Shown here: positions 19,333 to 28,375 of the stretch, piece by piece | Numbering within the stretch: position 1 is the first letter of the stretch | Layout: the number at the start of each line of letters is the position of its first letter | Assembly: GCA_963663385.2 (NCBI GenBank) | Contig: CAXXXD010000002.1 | Location: 640,001 to 704,000, forward strand | Length of the DNA: 64,000 nt | DNA from: Oceanispirochaeta sp. | Lineage (GTDB): Bacteria; Spirochaetota; Spirochaetia; DSM-2461 | Reading direction: 5' to 3' | The notes under the pieces: generated by a model | Database searches by the model: none | What the model was told of the DNA's origin: nothing | The model's input: the letters and a program-made list of their open reading frames with translations, nothing else | Position numbers and translations under genes: made by a program

Positions 19333-19968
19333 CTATCCCGTGGATTTCTGCACCGTAAAGTACAGCAGCGCTCCGTTTTCTTCAGGTTCAATTTTAAAAC
19401 AGAAACCGGCTCTGCAGAAAAGAGTCTTCAGCTCTTCCGCTGTATACAACTGCCCCCTGATCCGTACCCCTGTCTCCATCCGCTCGAGACAGGGTACACA
19501 GAACAGAATTGTCGAACCTGTGCGCATAACCCGATTCAGTTCTTCCAGTGCTTTTTCTGTATTATCAATAAAGTTCAAAGTCAGCAGGCAAATCCCGTAA
19601 TCGAAACATCCGTTTTCAAAAGGCAGGGACTCTGCCCCGGCGCGATAAAAAGAGGCGTTCTCTTCCAGTTTAAATCCCTTTCGGGCAAATCTTTTTTCTG
19701 CCCGCTTCATAAGTCCAGGGCTGATGTCCGAACCGGAGTATCGGTTGTCCGGAGCGAGATACGCTGCGGTAAAACCGGAACCCGTACCGACCTCCAGGAT
19801 ATCCTTTTTATGAACCTCTGCCAGATGTGTTTCAATAATCCGGCAGTGTTTATCATAATCCGCCCGGAATTTCCGGGGAAAGACGGAGCGGACCATTATT
19901 GTGTCATAGATTGCAGCTACCAGATCCCCTCTCCAGGGACGCAGTTTTTTCGACCTCTTTATTTTCAT
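19333..19968 (-). CDS. Class I SAM-dependent methyltransferase
   Basis: ILEVGTGSG, DISPGLM, AESLPFENGCFD. Confidence 0.9.
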   Translation of the reverse strand: MKIKRSKKLRPWRGDLVAAIYDTIMVRSVFPRKFRADYDKHCRIIETHLAEVHKKDILEVGTGSGFTAAYLAPDNRYSGSDISPGLMKRAEKRFARKGFKLEENASFYRAGAESLPFENGCFDYGICLLTLNFIDNTEKALEELNRVMRTGSTILFCVPCLERMETGVRIRGQLYTAEELKTLFCRAGFCFKIEPEENGALLYFTVQKSTG

Positions 19969-19970
19969 AG

Positions 19971-20453
19971 TTATTCCTTCTGTTTCTCACCTTCCAGCTC
20001 TCTGACAAGAAGGGAGCGGCGGTGCATAAGATCAAGAAGCTTGAGTACGCCGTCGGCTTCCTTCCGGGTAAAACTTTCAATCTCCTCTATAAAAGGAGTT
20101 TCCACCTGTGCATGAAAATCCTTGTGCGCCCTAAAAGCCCTTTGTCCGTCTTCGGTCAGGCGAAACAGTACTTCCTTTTTGTTTTCCGGGATCTTGAAGC
20201 GTTCAAGCAGTCCCCGGGCCTCTATCTTTTTTACAGCCTGGGATACGGCGCTTTTGGATATCTCATGTTTCTGTGCCAGTACGGTTACGTTTATTCCGGG
20301 ATACCTTCCCACCGTATCAATCAGGTGTATTTCCAGCCTGTTGTATTTTTTATCCGATCCGTAACTTTTCGGTGTCGCCGCCAGATTGATATAGTCTTCG
20401 ATCGTCCAGAGCAGTTTTTCAATGATGGCGTGGGCTTCTTCTTTCTTTATCAT
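19971..20453 (-). CDS. MarR family transcriptional regulator
   Basis: EIHLIDTVG..INVTVLA..ISKSAVSQAVKKIE..NKKEVLFRLTEDG. Confidence 0.92.
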   Translation of the reverse strand: MIKKEEAHAIIEKLLWTIEDYINLAATPKSYGSDKKYNRLEIHLIDTVGRYPGINVTVLAQKHEISKSAVSQAVKKIEARGLLERFKIPENKKEVLFRLTEDGQRAFRAHKDFHAQVETPFIEEIESFTRKEADGVLKLLDLMHRRSLLVRELEGEKQKE

Positions 20454-20460
20454 TACTATA

Positions 20461-20523
20461 ATATTAACATGTTTAACAATATTGTAAAGAAGCTAAACAA
20501 TAATATTAATCAGATTAACAATA
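20461..20523. promoter_or_regulatory. Three tandem 21-bp imperfect palindromes, probable MarR operators
   Basis: ATATTAACATGTTTAACAATA / TTGTAAAGAAGCTAAACAATA / ATATTAATCAGATTAACAATA; AACAATA recurs every 21 bp. Confidence 0.55.
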
Positions 20524-20566
20524 ATTTTCAAAACCAGATCAGATGAACTACTTCATTCAGCTCAAA

Positions 20567-20594
20567 CCATGCCCGGAGTAAGATCCGGGCATGG
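20567..20594 (-). terminator. Stem-loop after the permease pair
   Basis: 11-bp inverted repeat CCATGCCCGGA/TCCGGGCATGG. Confidence 0.65.
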
Positions 20595-20602
20595 AGGGTT
20601 TA

Positions 20603-21130
20603 TCAGACCGGTACGTCCCCTTCTGTCTCAACATGGCCCTTCAGTAAGCGCCCCAGCAGCAGCGATGTGATTATAGTCAGGGGGATAGCCGTCAGGTAAC
20701 GGGTGAGGGTGAACAGCGGCCCCAGGTAGGTGATTTCAAATATGGTCATAGGGATACGGCATATTGCCGCCGCTCCTATATAGGCAAGGACAACGCTCAG
20801 GGCCGCCCCTTTTTTCAGCAGGGATTGGGCTACAGGAAGGGCTGTCAGCATGGGGCCGATGGTCATGCCTCCCAGAAGAAAAACCCATAGATAGCTTTTC
20901 CATCCCCCTTCTTCCCCCAGGTGTTTTTCCACCGTTTCCCGTTTGACCCAGACTTCAAAGAGTCCTATCAGGATAAAAGCAAAGGGAAGAATAAGAAACA
21001 TATCCTTCAGGGTTTTGAAAAATTCCATTCCCATCCGACTGCCGGTGTCAAAACCCGTCAGGAAGGATACAATAACAAAAATACCGAAAACAGCAATAAC
21101 CGTCAGGTTGATAATAGTTGATTTTTTCAT
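20603..21130 (-). CDS. Permease (ArsP/DUF318-like, half-size)
   Basis: Hydrophobic; LIGLFEVWV..VEKHLG, GPMLTALPVA..LLKKGA. Confidence 0.75.
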   Translation of the reverse strand: MKKSTIINLTVIAVFGIFVIVSFLTGFDTGSRMGMEFFKTLKDMFLILPFAFILIGLFEVWVKRETVEKHLGEEGGWKSYLWVFLLGGMTIGPMLTALPVAQSLLKKGAALSVVLAYIGAAAICRIPMTIFEITYLGPLFTLTRYLTAIPLTIITSLLLGRLLKGHVETEGDVPV

Positions 21131-21609
21131 TATAGAATCTCTCCGAAAACAAGTCCCATAATCAGGGCGATCAGCAGGGAAATCACAACGCTCGAAATAT
21201 TTCTGAGCAGGGCAAAACGGGTTCCGAAAAACTGACGTTCAACAGGAAAGGTCAGAATCCCCACCATCATAAGGCTGCAGGTAAAGGCGGCAATGACCAT
21301 ATACTGAACACCCTGATCCCGCAGTACGCTTCCCAGGGGAAAGGCGACGAATCCGGGCATGACGGCCACCGATCCCAGCGCCAGGCCGATGAGGACCCCG
21401 AAAGAACTGTTGCTGCCGGAAAGGTATTCCGAAATCATGTTTTCCGGCATAAGAGTCAGTGCCATGGCGATGAAAACAAGCATCATCAGGAACACAGGCA
21501 TTATCTTAAGGAACTTTTTTCCCCCCATCCTGAGACCTTTCAGGGTTTTTTCCCGGTCTTTTATGAACAGGATGAGGGTTACGGCTGTTACGAATATGAT
21601 GAATCCCAT
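21130..21609 (-). CDS. Permease (ArsP/DUF318-like, half-size partner)
   Basis: Hydrophobic; MPGFVAFPL, VGILTFPVE..FG..FALLRN; translationally coupled to the next gene. Confidence 0.75.
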   Translation of the reverse strand: MGFIIFVTAVTLILFIKDREKTLKGLRMGGKKFLKIMPVFLMMLVFIAMALTLMPENMISEYLSGSNSSFGVLIGLALGSVAVMPGFVAFPLGSVLRDQGVQYMVIAAFTCSLMMVGILTFPVERQFFGTRFALLRNISSVVISLLIALIMGLVFGEIL

Positions 21610-21807
21610 GTCTTTCCTCCTTTTTCAGAACTGATCATATCTATCATTCCATACGTGAAAGCTGTAATCAAGCATGTTCTGCGGTTCCGGCAGCAGATTT
21701 TGCAGAGAAGGGGATATCTGCGGCAAGTGGTAATGCAGTTTTCCTTCCCCTTTAGCAGTAGACCCTAAAATCTCTCCTGCTGTTCTATGGCCGCTGAAAA
21801 ATAAATA

Positions 21808-21911
21808 TTGACAGATCTCAGAACTGTGTTAGGATTATAGTGGTTCGACAAAAGAACCAGTTAGAATTATTTAATTGAATAAAATTGTAATAAATGTGGA
21901 TAACTGGTTCT
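21808..21911 (+). promoter_or_regulatory. Promoter and candidate GntR/FadR operator of the glycan operon
   Basis: TTGACA (21808) then TAGGAT after 16 nt; dyad TGGTTC-N7-GAACCA (21841-21859); AGAACCAGTTA/TAACTGGTTCT inverted pair (21853-21863 and 21901-21911). Confidence 0.55.
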
Positions 21912-21979
21912 TAATTCGGTGTGATTCCTATTGTTAGCAGGATTCTTCTCTTATTCAAATTCTAAAAGGAGCAATTGAA

Positions 21980-23320
21980 ATGAAGAAAAAGGTTTTGGCA
22001 TTTTTGTTTGTACTTATTGGATTGACATTCTGTCTTTCCGCTTCCGGCGGCACAGAGGACGCTGTGTCTGAGGACCTGCGGTTTATAGATGTATCCCCCA
22101 GTCCGACAAGACAGGAGTATTTCACAGGAATCTTTGAAAAGTTCAATAATGAAACAGGTAAAAAAGTAGTCTATGAGAGTGTTCCATGGGATGATGCGGC
22201 AAATAAACTGACTGTTCTGGGTGCTTCCGGAGAACTTCCTGATGTTATGACTACCTGGGCCGGCTGGCTTGGTCAATTTACCGAAGCCGGTTGGGTTGAA
22301 CCCCTTGCTCCCTATATAGGGAATACTGCAGATGAATACGCTGCGACAGTAACAAAGCTGGTCTGGAAAGCGGAAAAAGAACTTTACGGAAATATCTACA
22401 CAGTTCCCGATGGTGTAATGGTTAAAGGTGTTTTTGTCAGAAAAGACTGGGCGGATGAGGCCGGACTTGATCTTGATCCTGCAGCAGGCTGGACTTACAG
22501 TGAATATTTCGACACTGTCTATGCCCTTACAGATTCAGACAAGAACAGATATGGAACTTCCTTCCGTGGATCCCGCGGAGCCTTTGACCCCCTTTATGTA
22601 TACCTTGAAAGTCTGAATGGCGGCGCCGCGTATGCAGAAGACGGATCTTCTCTTATGACAAACAATGAAGCCGTTAAAGCATATGAAACCTGGGGTAATC
22701 TCTATCTTAACGGGGCTGCACCAAAAGATGCCATTAACTGGGGATTCGTTGAAATGGTTGATAACTTTGTCGGCGGGCTTACAGGAACACTCATTAATGA
22801 TTCCGAGGTTGCCGCTACCTGTATAGAAAGAATGGAAGAGGATCAGTGGTTTGTCATGCCCATGCCCAGGAGTGATAAGGACGGGAAAATATACAATACT
22901 GTCAATTCCCCCTATGCCTACAGTATCGCCGCTACATCCAGCCGTAAGGATGATGCCTGGGAGCTAATCCAGTTTCTTACCAAACCTGAGAACAATATCG
23001 AATATTGTAAGCTCACCGGTTTGATTCCCATTAAAAAAGCCGTTGGAGACGATCCTTTTTACGGACCTGACGGACCCTATGCCGCATTCGTACAGCAGCT
23101 GAACGATCCTGCCATGGTTGTACCGGTAGCCTACGGTTCATTCAGCTATACCGATATGCACCAGGGCATGATGCATGAGGAACTTCAGAAATATCTTCTT
23201 GGCAAGCAGAGTGCGGAAGATTCTCTTTTCAAAGTTATGCTGGAACTGGAGAAGAGAATGAAGGCCTATCTGAAGGATAACCCCGGATCGGCCGTTGAGC
23301 AGCCAAAGGGACTCCTCTAA
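21980..23320 (+). CDS. Carbohydrate ABC substrate-binding protein (SBP_bac_1 type)
   Basis: Signal peptide, ESVPWDD..ASGELPDV, VRKDW; followed by two CUT1 permeases. Confidence 0.9.
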   Translation: MKKKVLAFLFVLIGLTFCLSASGGTEDAVSEDLRFIDVSPSPTRQEYFTGIFEKFNNETGKKVVYESVPWDDAANKLTVLGASGELPDVMTTWAGWLGQFTEAGWVEPLAPYIGNTADEYAATVTKLVWKAEKELYGNIYTVPDGVMVKGVFVRKDWADEAGLDLDPAAGWTYSEYFDTVYALTDSDKNRYGTSFRGSRGAFDPLYVYLESLNGGAAYAEDGSSLMTNNEAVKAYETWGNLYLNGAAPKDAINWGFVEMVDNFVGGLTGTLINDSEVAATCIERMEEDQWFVMPMPRSDKDGKIYNTVNSPYAYSIAATSSRKDDAWELIQFLTKPENNIEYCKLTGLIPIKKAVGDDPFYGPDGPYAAFVQQLNDPAMVVPVAYGSFSYTDMHQGMMHEELQKYLLGKQSAEDSLFKVMLELEKRMKAYLKDNPGSAVEQPKGLL

Positions 23321-23338
23321 ATTCATTTAATGTAATTG

Positions 23339-23367
23339 GTACTGCAGAACTGGAAATTCTGCAGTAC
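23339..23367 (+). terminator. Intercistronic stem-loop after the binding-protein gene
   Basis: GTACTGCAGAA/TTCTGCAGTAC 11-bp inverted repeat. Confidence 0.55.
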
Positions 23368-23397
23368 TATTTAAAAATCCAAACGGAAGGAAGCGCA

Positions 23398-24381
23398 ATG
23401 GGAATTCTCCTGCTCTATTTAATCGGCCTTACAGTCATTGTTATTGCGGCTGTAATGGTTCTCAGTAGATATATTCAAAAAAAAGGAAGACGATCATTAT
23501 CCCGGTCAAGAAAAGCCGAGCCTTATCTTTTTCTGTTTCCCACGGTTTTTCTGCTGGTGCTTATGTTCGGATATCCTCTGATCAACAGTTTTATCATGGC
23601 GTTTCAGCATTATAAACTGACGAATCCCGGAAACATCAGCTTTAACGGGTTTGAAAACTTCCGGAACCTTTTCAGCGAATCCGATATCGGACTGATAATC
23701 AGGAACTCCTTTATCTATGTAGTCGTGTCGGTTCTCAGTCAGCTGGTCCTCGGTATGATTCTGGCTCTGGCTTTGAATAGAAAATTCAGGCTGAGGGGTG
23801 TTTACCAGGCCATCGTGTTTCTGCCCTGGTCCCTGTCTGCTTTTGTAATAGGCCTTATGCACCGCTGGTCTTTCAACGGAGAGTACGGGGTGGTAAATGA
23901 TCTGCTGCTTAAGGCGGGAATCATCAGCGAAAAAATTGCCTGGCTGGGTACGCCCGGTTTTTCTCTGGCTGTTGTGATTATTGCGATGGTTTGGATGGGA
24001 ATACCTTTCTTTGCCATAATGATTCTCGCTTCTCTTCAGTCGATTCCCGTGACTATTTATGAAGCTTCCTATATAGACGGCTGCGGAGCGCTGCGACGAT
24101 TCTGGACAATTATCATGCCCTATATCAAACCGACAGTCATCATAACGTCCCTGCTGAGGACTATCTGGATCTTTAATTCATTCGATCTGATAGTGGTTAT
24201 TACAAACGGCGGTCCTGCCAATTATTCACAGACTCTGCCTTCCTACATGTATACAAAAGCATTCTCCAGTTATGATTTCGGACTGGCTTCCGCATTAGGT
24301 GTCCTTCTGATCGGCGTTCTGGTGCTTTATGTGTTCTTTTTTCTTAAAGTGACAAAATATAATAAAGCGGGGGAATTCTAA
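23398..24381 (+). CDS. Carbohydrate ABC permease (MalF/UgpA-like)
   Basis: LASLQSIP..IYEASYIDG EAA loop, TNGGP. Confidence 0.93.
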   Translation: MGILLLYLIGLTVIVIAAVMVLSRYIQKKGRRSLSRSRKAEPYLFLFPTVFLLVLMFGYPLINSFIMAFQHYKLTNPGNISFNGFENFRNLFSESDIGLIIRNSFIYVVVSVLSQLVLGMILALALNRKFRLRGVYQAIVFLPWSLSAFVIGLMHRWSFNGEYGVVNDLLLKAGIISEKIAWLGTPGFSLAVVIIAMVWMGIPFFAIMILASLQSIPVTIYEASYIDGCGALRRFWTIIMPYIKPTVIITSLLRTIWIFNSFDLIVVITNGGPANYSQTLPSYMYTKAFSSYDFGLASALGVLLIGVLVLYVFFFLKVTKYNKAGEF

Positions 24382-25223
24382 TGAATTTTCGATTAAAACG
24401 AAAACTGGGCGAAGCCGGACGGATGCTGGTTCTTCTCTTTTTCCTGCTTCTGGTGATACTGCCGATCTACTGGATGATCTCGAGTTCTCTGAAACCGGCT
24501 AATGAGATTATCAACGCTCAGGAAATCACCTATTACCCCCATGACATTACCGGTGAGAACTATAATCAGCTGTTCCGTCTCTATAATTACCGGCAGATGC
24601 TTGCCAATAGTCTGACAATTTCCATAGCAACCGGGTTTTGTATTACCGTGCTGTCGATTTTCGGAGGGTACGGTCTGGCCCGGTACACATTCAGGGGAAA
24701 GGAGTCCATGCTGCTGTTCTTTCTGGCTACGCAGATGATCCCCGGTATTCTTGTAATCATTCCTCTTTATATTATTTTTTCAAAGATGGGGATTATCAAT
24801 ACCCATTTCGGACTTTTTCTATTCTACCTTATTACAAACCTTCCGTTCTGTGTCATCACTATGCGCAGCTTCTTTGAACGGATTCCCTATACCCTTGAGG
24901 AAGCGGCCTATGTGGACGGATGCACAAAGATGGACAGCCTGTTCCGAATCATACTTCCGGTGATGTTTCCCGGCATCGTTGCGGTATTTGTCTTTGCTTT
25001 TATCGGAGCATGGAATGAACTGATCGCCGGTACCATCTTCATCAACACATCCAATTTATGGACGGTCCCTGTCGGCCTGAAGTCTCTGATAGGGAAATAT
25101 GATGTTAAATGGGGAGTCCTGATGGCCGGCGGCGTTGGCGCTCTGGTTCCCACCGCCCTGATGTTCGCGTTTATGCAGAAGTTTGTTGTTGATGGACTCA
25201 CTGCCGGGGCTGTAAAGGAGTAG
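24381..25223 (+). CDS. Carbohydrate ABC permease (MalG-like)
   Basis: FFERIPYTLEEAAYVDG, AWNE, GLTAGAVKE. Confidence 0.93.
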   Translation: MNFRLKRKLGEAGRMLVLLFFLLLVILPIYWMISSSLKPANEIINAQEITYYPHDITGENYNQLFRLYNYRQMLANSLTISIATGFCITVLSIFGGYGLARYTFRGKESMLLFFLATQMIPGILVIIPLYIIFSKMGIINTHFGLFLFYLITNLPFCVITMRSFFERIPYTLEEAAYVDGCTKMDSLFRIILPVMFPGIVAVFVFAFIGAWNELIAGTIFINTSNLWTVPVGLKSLIGKYDVKWGVLMAGGVGALVPTALMFAFMQKFVVDGLTAGAVKE

Positions 25224-25229
25224 GTACGC

Positions 25230-25943
25230 ATGAGCAAGGTAAAAAAAGTGGAAAACATGGAGCCTATTTCCAAGGATCTTCTGCACCAGAAGGTTTCGGA
25301 TTCCATCATAAGCTATATTTTTAAAAACGGCCTCAAGCCCGGGGATAAACTGCCGGGTGAACGGGTGCTGTCGTCAGAGCTTGCGGTTGGAAGAAACTCT
25401 GTCCGGCTGGGGCTTTCCCAGCTGGAGGAAGAGGGGATTATCGAACGAAAAGCGGCCAGGGGGGCATTCGTTAAAAAAGAGGTCTCTGTGGATTCCATGG
25501 AATTGAAGCTGATGCAGGTAGATTATATGGATCTGCTTGAAATCAAGATCTCCCTTGAACAGCTCGCCATCCGCCGTGCCGTGAAAAATGCAAGCGATGA
25601 ACAGATTGCAAAACTGAGGGTGCTGGCAGAAAAGCTTATGGAACATGCTGACCGGAATGTATTCTCTCTCGAACTGGACAGGGAGTTTCATTCCGCTCTT
25701 ATCGAATGCGGAGGGTCTCCTACTCTGTCACAGTTTGTTTTCAGCCTGATCGATAACCTTGACAGCTATATGAATGTGTTTGGAGACGGGTCGAATGTGT
25801 GGATAAAAACCATACCCTTTCATCTTGATATAGTTGAGGCCCTGGAAAAGCGTCAGCTGGAATATGCTCTGGCAGCCCATCAGTATATCTACCAGTATGA
25901 CACAAAAGTTCTGGAAGACCTTTCAGAGAAAAATTCACAATAA
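25230..25943 (+). CDS. GntR/FadR family regulator (FCD domain)
   Basis: LKPGDKLPGERVLSSELAVGRNSVR HTH; DREFHSAL. Confidence 0.92.
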   Translation: MSKVKKVENMEPISKDLLHQKVSDSIISYIFKNGLKPGDKLPGERVLSSELAVGRNSVRLGLSQLEEEGIIERKAARGAFVKKEVSVDSMELKLMQVDYMDLLEIKISLEQLAIRRAVKNASDEQIAKLRVLAEKLMEHADRNVFSLELDREFHSALIECGGSPTLSQFVFSLIDNLDSYMNVFGDGSNVWIKTIPFHLDIVEALEKRQLEYALAAHQYIYQYDTKVLEDLSEKNSQ

Positions 25944-25958
25944 CAGAGAGAACGCTAT

Positions 25959-27203
25959 ATGAATCAAACATTACCTCAATGGTGGAAAGACGGTAAATTC
26001 GGACTTTTTATCCATTTCGGACTTTACTCAGTACTTGCCGGAGAATATAAAGGTGTAAAAACCGATAATATCGCCGAATGGATCATGCATGATCTTGATA
26101 TCCCCCGGGAGGAGTATCGAAAACTGTCCGGACAGTTCAATCCGGTCAATTTTGATGCGGACCGGATTGTCTCTTCCGCCAGGGCCGCGGGAATGTCGTA
26201 TGTGGTTTTTACATCAAAACACCATGACGGATTTGCCATGTACGATTCCAAAGTGAGTTCCTATTCCTGCATGAAAGCCTCTCCCTTTTCCCGCGATCCC
26301 CTGGCGGAATTACGGAAGGCCTGTGACAAGTACGGTTTAAAGTTATGCATCTATTACAGTCAGGCTCAGGACTGGGATGAACCGGATGCCTGCCGTGACG
26401 GCCATAGCGGAGATGGAAAGGATTTTGATGCTTATTTTTATAATAAATGTATTCCCCAGGTAAAAGAACTCTTAACAAATTATGGTGAGATCGGTCTGAT
26501 GTGGTTCGATACTCCCATGTATATGAGCAGAGCCCGGTCGACGGAACTGAAGGAACTGGTAAACAGTCTGCAGCCCGACTGTCTGGTAAGCGGCCGTATC
26601 GGCAGCGGTATTGGTGACTACATGACAACGGGTGATAATTTTATTCCTCTCCTGCCTTTTAACGGTCCTTTCGAGGTCCCTGCAACCATGAATGCAACAT
26701 GGGGATTTAACAAGTATGACCAAAACTGGAAAAGTACAGAGTATCTTATCAGATCCCTTGTAAAAATCGTAAGCCGGGGAGGCAACTATCTGCTGAATAT
26801 CGGACCGGACGGAACAGGTAGAGTCCCGGAGGAAAGTTTTAAACTCCTGGAAGAGATCGGATCATTTATGAAGCGGAATGGCGACAGTATCCGCTCCGCC
26901 TCTCCTGTTCCCGTCTATCCCTATGATGTGGAGGGAATTTTTTTTACAACATCTCCGCACCGCCTCTATATTCATAATTTCAGGGATCAGGAATCTCTCT
27001 ATCTACTGAACATCGCCAGCAAACCATTGAAATGTTACAGGCTCAGTGACGGTAAGCCGCTGGAGCTGAAAGAACGTACTACCTGCGAAGATGACAGCAG
27101 CTGGCTGATTTCCCTTCCATCGAGGGAAAAAAATGAAATCAACCAGGTAATTTGTGTTGAAATGGAAGATGAACATGTTGAGTTTGAGTCGGTTCACTGG
27201 TAG
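25959..27203 (+). CDS. Alpha-L-fucosidase family protein (GH29)
   Basis: KFGLFIHFG, AEWI, TSKHHDGF, YYSQAQDW, WFD, GGNYLLNIGP. Confidence 0.92.
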   Translation: MNQTLPQWWKDGKFGLFIHFGLYSVLAGEYKGVKTDNIAEWIMHDLDIPREEYRKLSGQFNPVNFDADRIVSSARAAGMSYVVFTSKHHDGFAMYDSKVSSYSCMKASPFSRDPLAELRKACDKYGLKLCIYYSQAQDWDEPDACRDGHSGDGKDFDAYFYNKCIPQVKELLTNYGEIGLMWFDTPMYMSRARSTELKELVNSLQPDCLVSGRIGSGIGDYMTTGDNFIPLLPFNGPFEVPATMNATWGFNKYDQNWKSTEYLIRSLVKIVSRGGNYLLNIGPDGTGRVPEESFKLLEEIGSFMKRNGDSIRSASPVPVYPYDVEGIFFTTSPHRLYIHNFRDQESLYLLNIASKPLKCYRLSDGKPLELKERTTCEDDSSWLISLPSREKNEINQVICVEMEDEHVEFESVHW

Positions 27204-27220
27204 AAGGAGTGGAAAAAACT

Positions 27221-28375
27221 ATGAAACTGAATGAAAAGCTGATGCCCGAAGATATTTTAACTGATGATTCATTTGATTATCCCCGGGATGAGAGGCCCGC
27301 GGCAGCTCCCCTCTATCAGACATCCCTGTTTACCTTCCCTTCGGCTGAGGCTCTGGAGAACGCGATAGCTGATGAGTATTCAAGTTTTCTGTACAGCCGG
27401 GGGCATAATCCCACGGTAAAACCCGTGGAAGAAAAAATGGCTGCTCTTGAGGGAGGAGAAAAGGCAAAACTTTTATCCTCCGGTGCTGCGGCTATTGCTT
27501 CAAGCATTCTCTCCTGTGTCAGGCAGGGCGACCATATTGTCTGCAGCAATGAAGCATATACCTGGGCCCGCTATATCAGCAGCACATACCTTGAACGTTT
27601 CGGGATTACCGTAACTTTCGTTGATGCATCCGATATGGCGGCGGTAGAACAGGCTATTACTGAAAAAACGAAAGTTCTCTATCTGGAGAGCCCCAGCACC
27701 CTGTTGTTGCGGATACAGGATCTCAGCTCGCTGGCAGACCTTGCAAAAGCCCATGGAATAACGACGATCGTGGACAATACGTGGGCTACACCGCTCTATC
27801 AGAACCCGCTGAAGATGGGAATTGACATGGTTGTTCATTCGGCATCAAAGTACCTTGGCGGCCACAGCGACCTTGTCGGCGGCGTTGTAGTCAGCAGTGC
27901 CGAACGGATTCGGCATCTGTTCAGCACCGAGTTTCTGCCGATCGGGCAGGTGCCCGATCCCCATCAGGCCTGGCTTATACAGAGAGGTATGCGAACCCTT
28001 CATATCAGGCTTGCCCATCATTATAAAGCGGCCCTTGAGGTCTGTGACTATTTATATGATCACCCCAAGGTCGCCGAAGTGAATTATCCCATGCATCCGA
28101 AAAGTCCCTGGTATGAGCTTGCGGCCAGGCAGATGTCCGGAGGATCCGGTCTGCTTTCCCTTCGGTTGAAATCAGCTGATCGGGAAAGGGTCTTCAAGGC
28201 CGTAAATGCTCTTTCCCATTTTCGTATCGGAGTAAGCTGGGGCGGGTACGAGAGCCTTGTATTTCCGTCAGGTGTCAGTAAAGAGGGTGATCCTTCGCTG
28301 CTTCGGCTTCATATCGGTCTGGAATCGGTTAATTCTCTTATCGAAGATATCGATAGAGCTTTCTCCATGATTTAA
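27221..28375 (+). CDS. PLP-dependent trans-sulfuration family lyase (cystathionine beta/gamma-lyase-like)
   Basis: YSRGHNPT, LESP, DNTWATP, HSASKYLGGHSD (PLP lysine), SWGGYESL, RLHIGLE; ATG 27221 preferred (AAGGAG upstream). Confidence 0.88.
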   Translation: MKLNEKLMPEDILTDDSFDYPRDERPAAAPLYQTSLFTFPSAEALENAIADEYSSFLYSRGHNPTVKPVEEKMAALEGGEKAKLLSSGAAAIASSILSCVRQGDHIVCSNEAYTWARYISSTYLERFGITVTFVDASDMAAVEQAITEKTKVLYLESPSTLLLRIQDLSSLADLAKAHGITTIVDNTWATPLYQNPLKMGIDMVVHSASKYLGGHSDLVGGVVVSSAERIRHLFSTEFLPIGQVPDPHQAWLIQRGMRTLHIRLAHHYKAALEVCDYLYDHPKVAEVNYPMHPKSPWYELAARQMSGGSGLLSLRLKSADRERVFKAVNALSHFRIGVSWGGYESLVFPSGVSKEGDPSLLRLHIGLESVNSLIEDIDRAFSMI

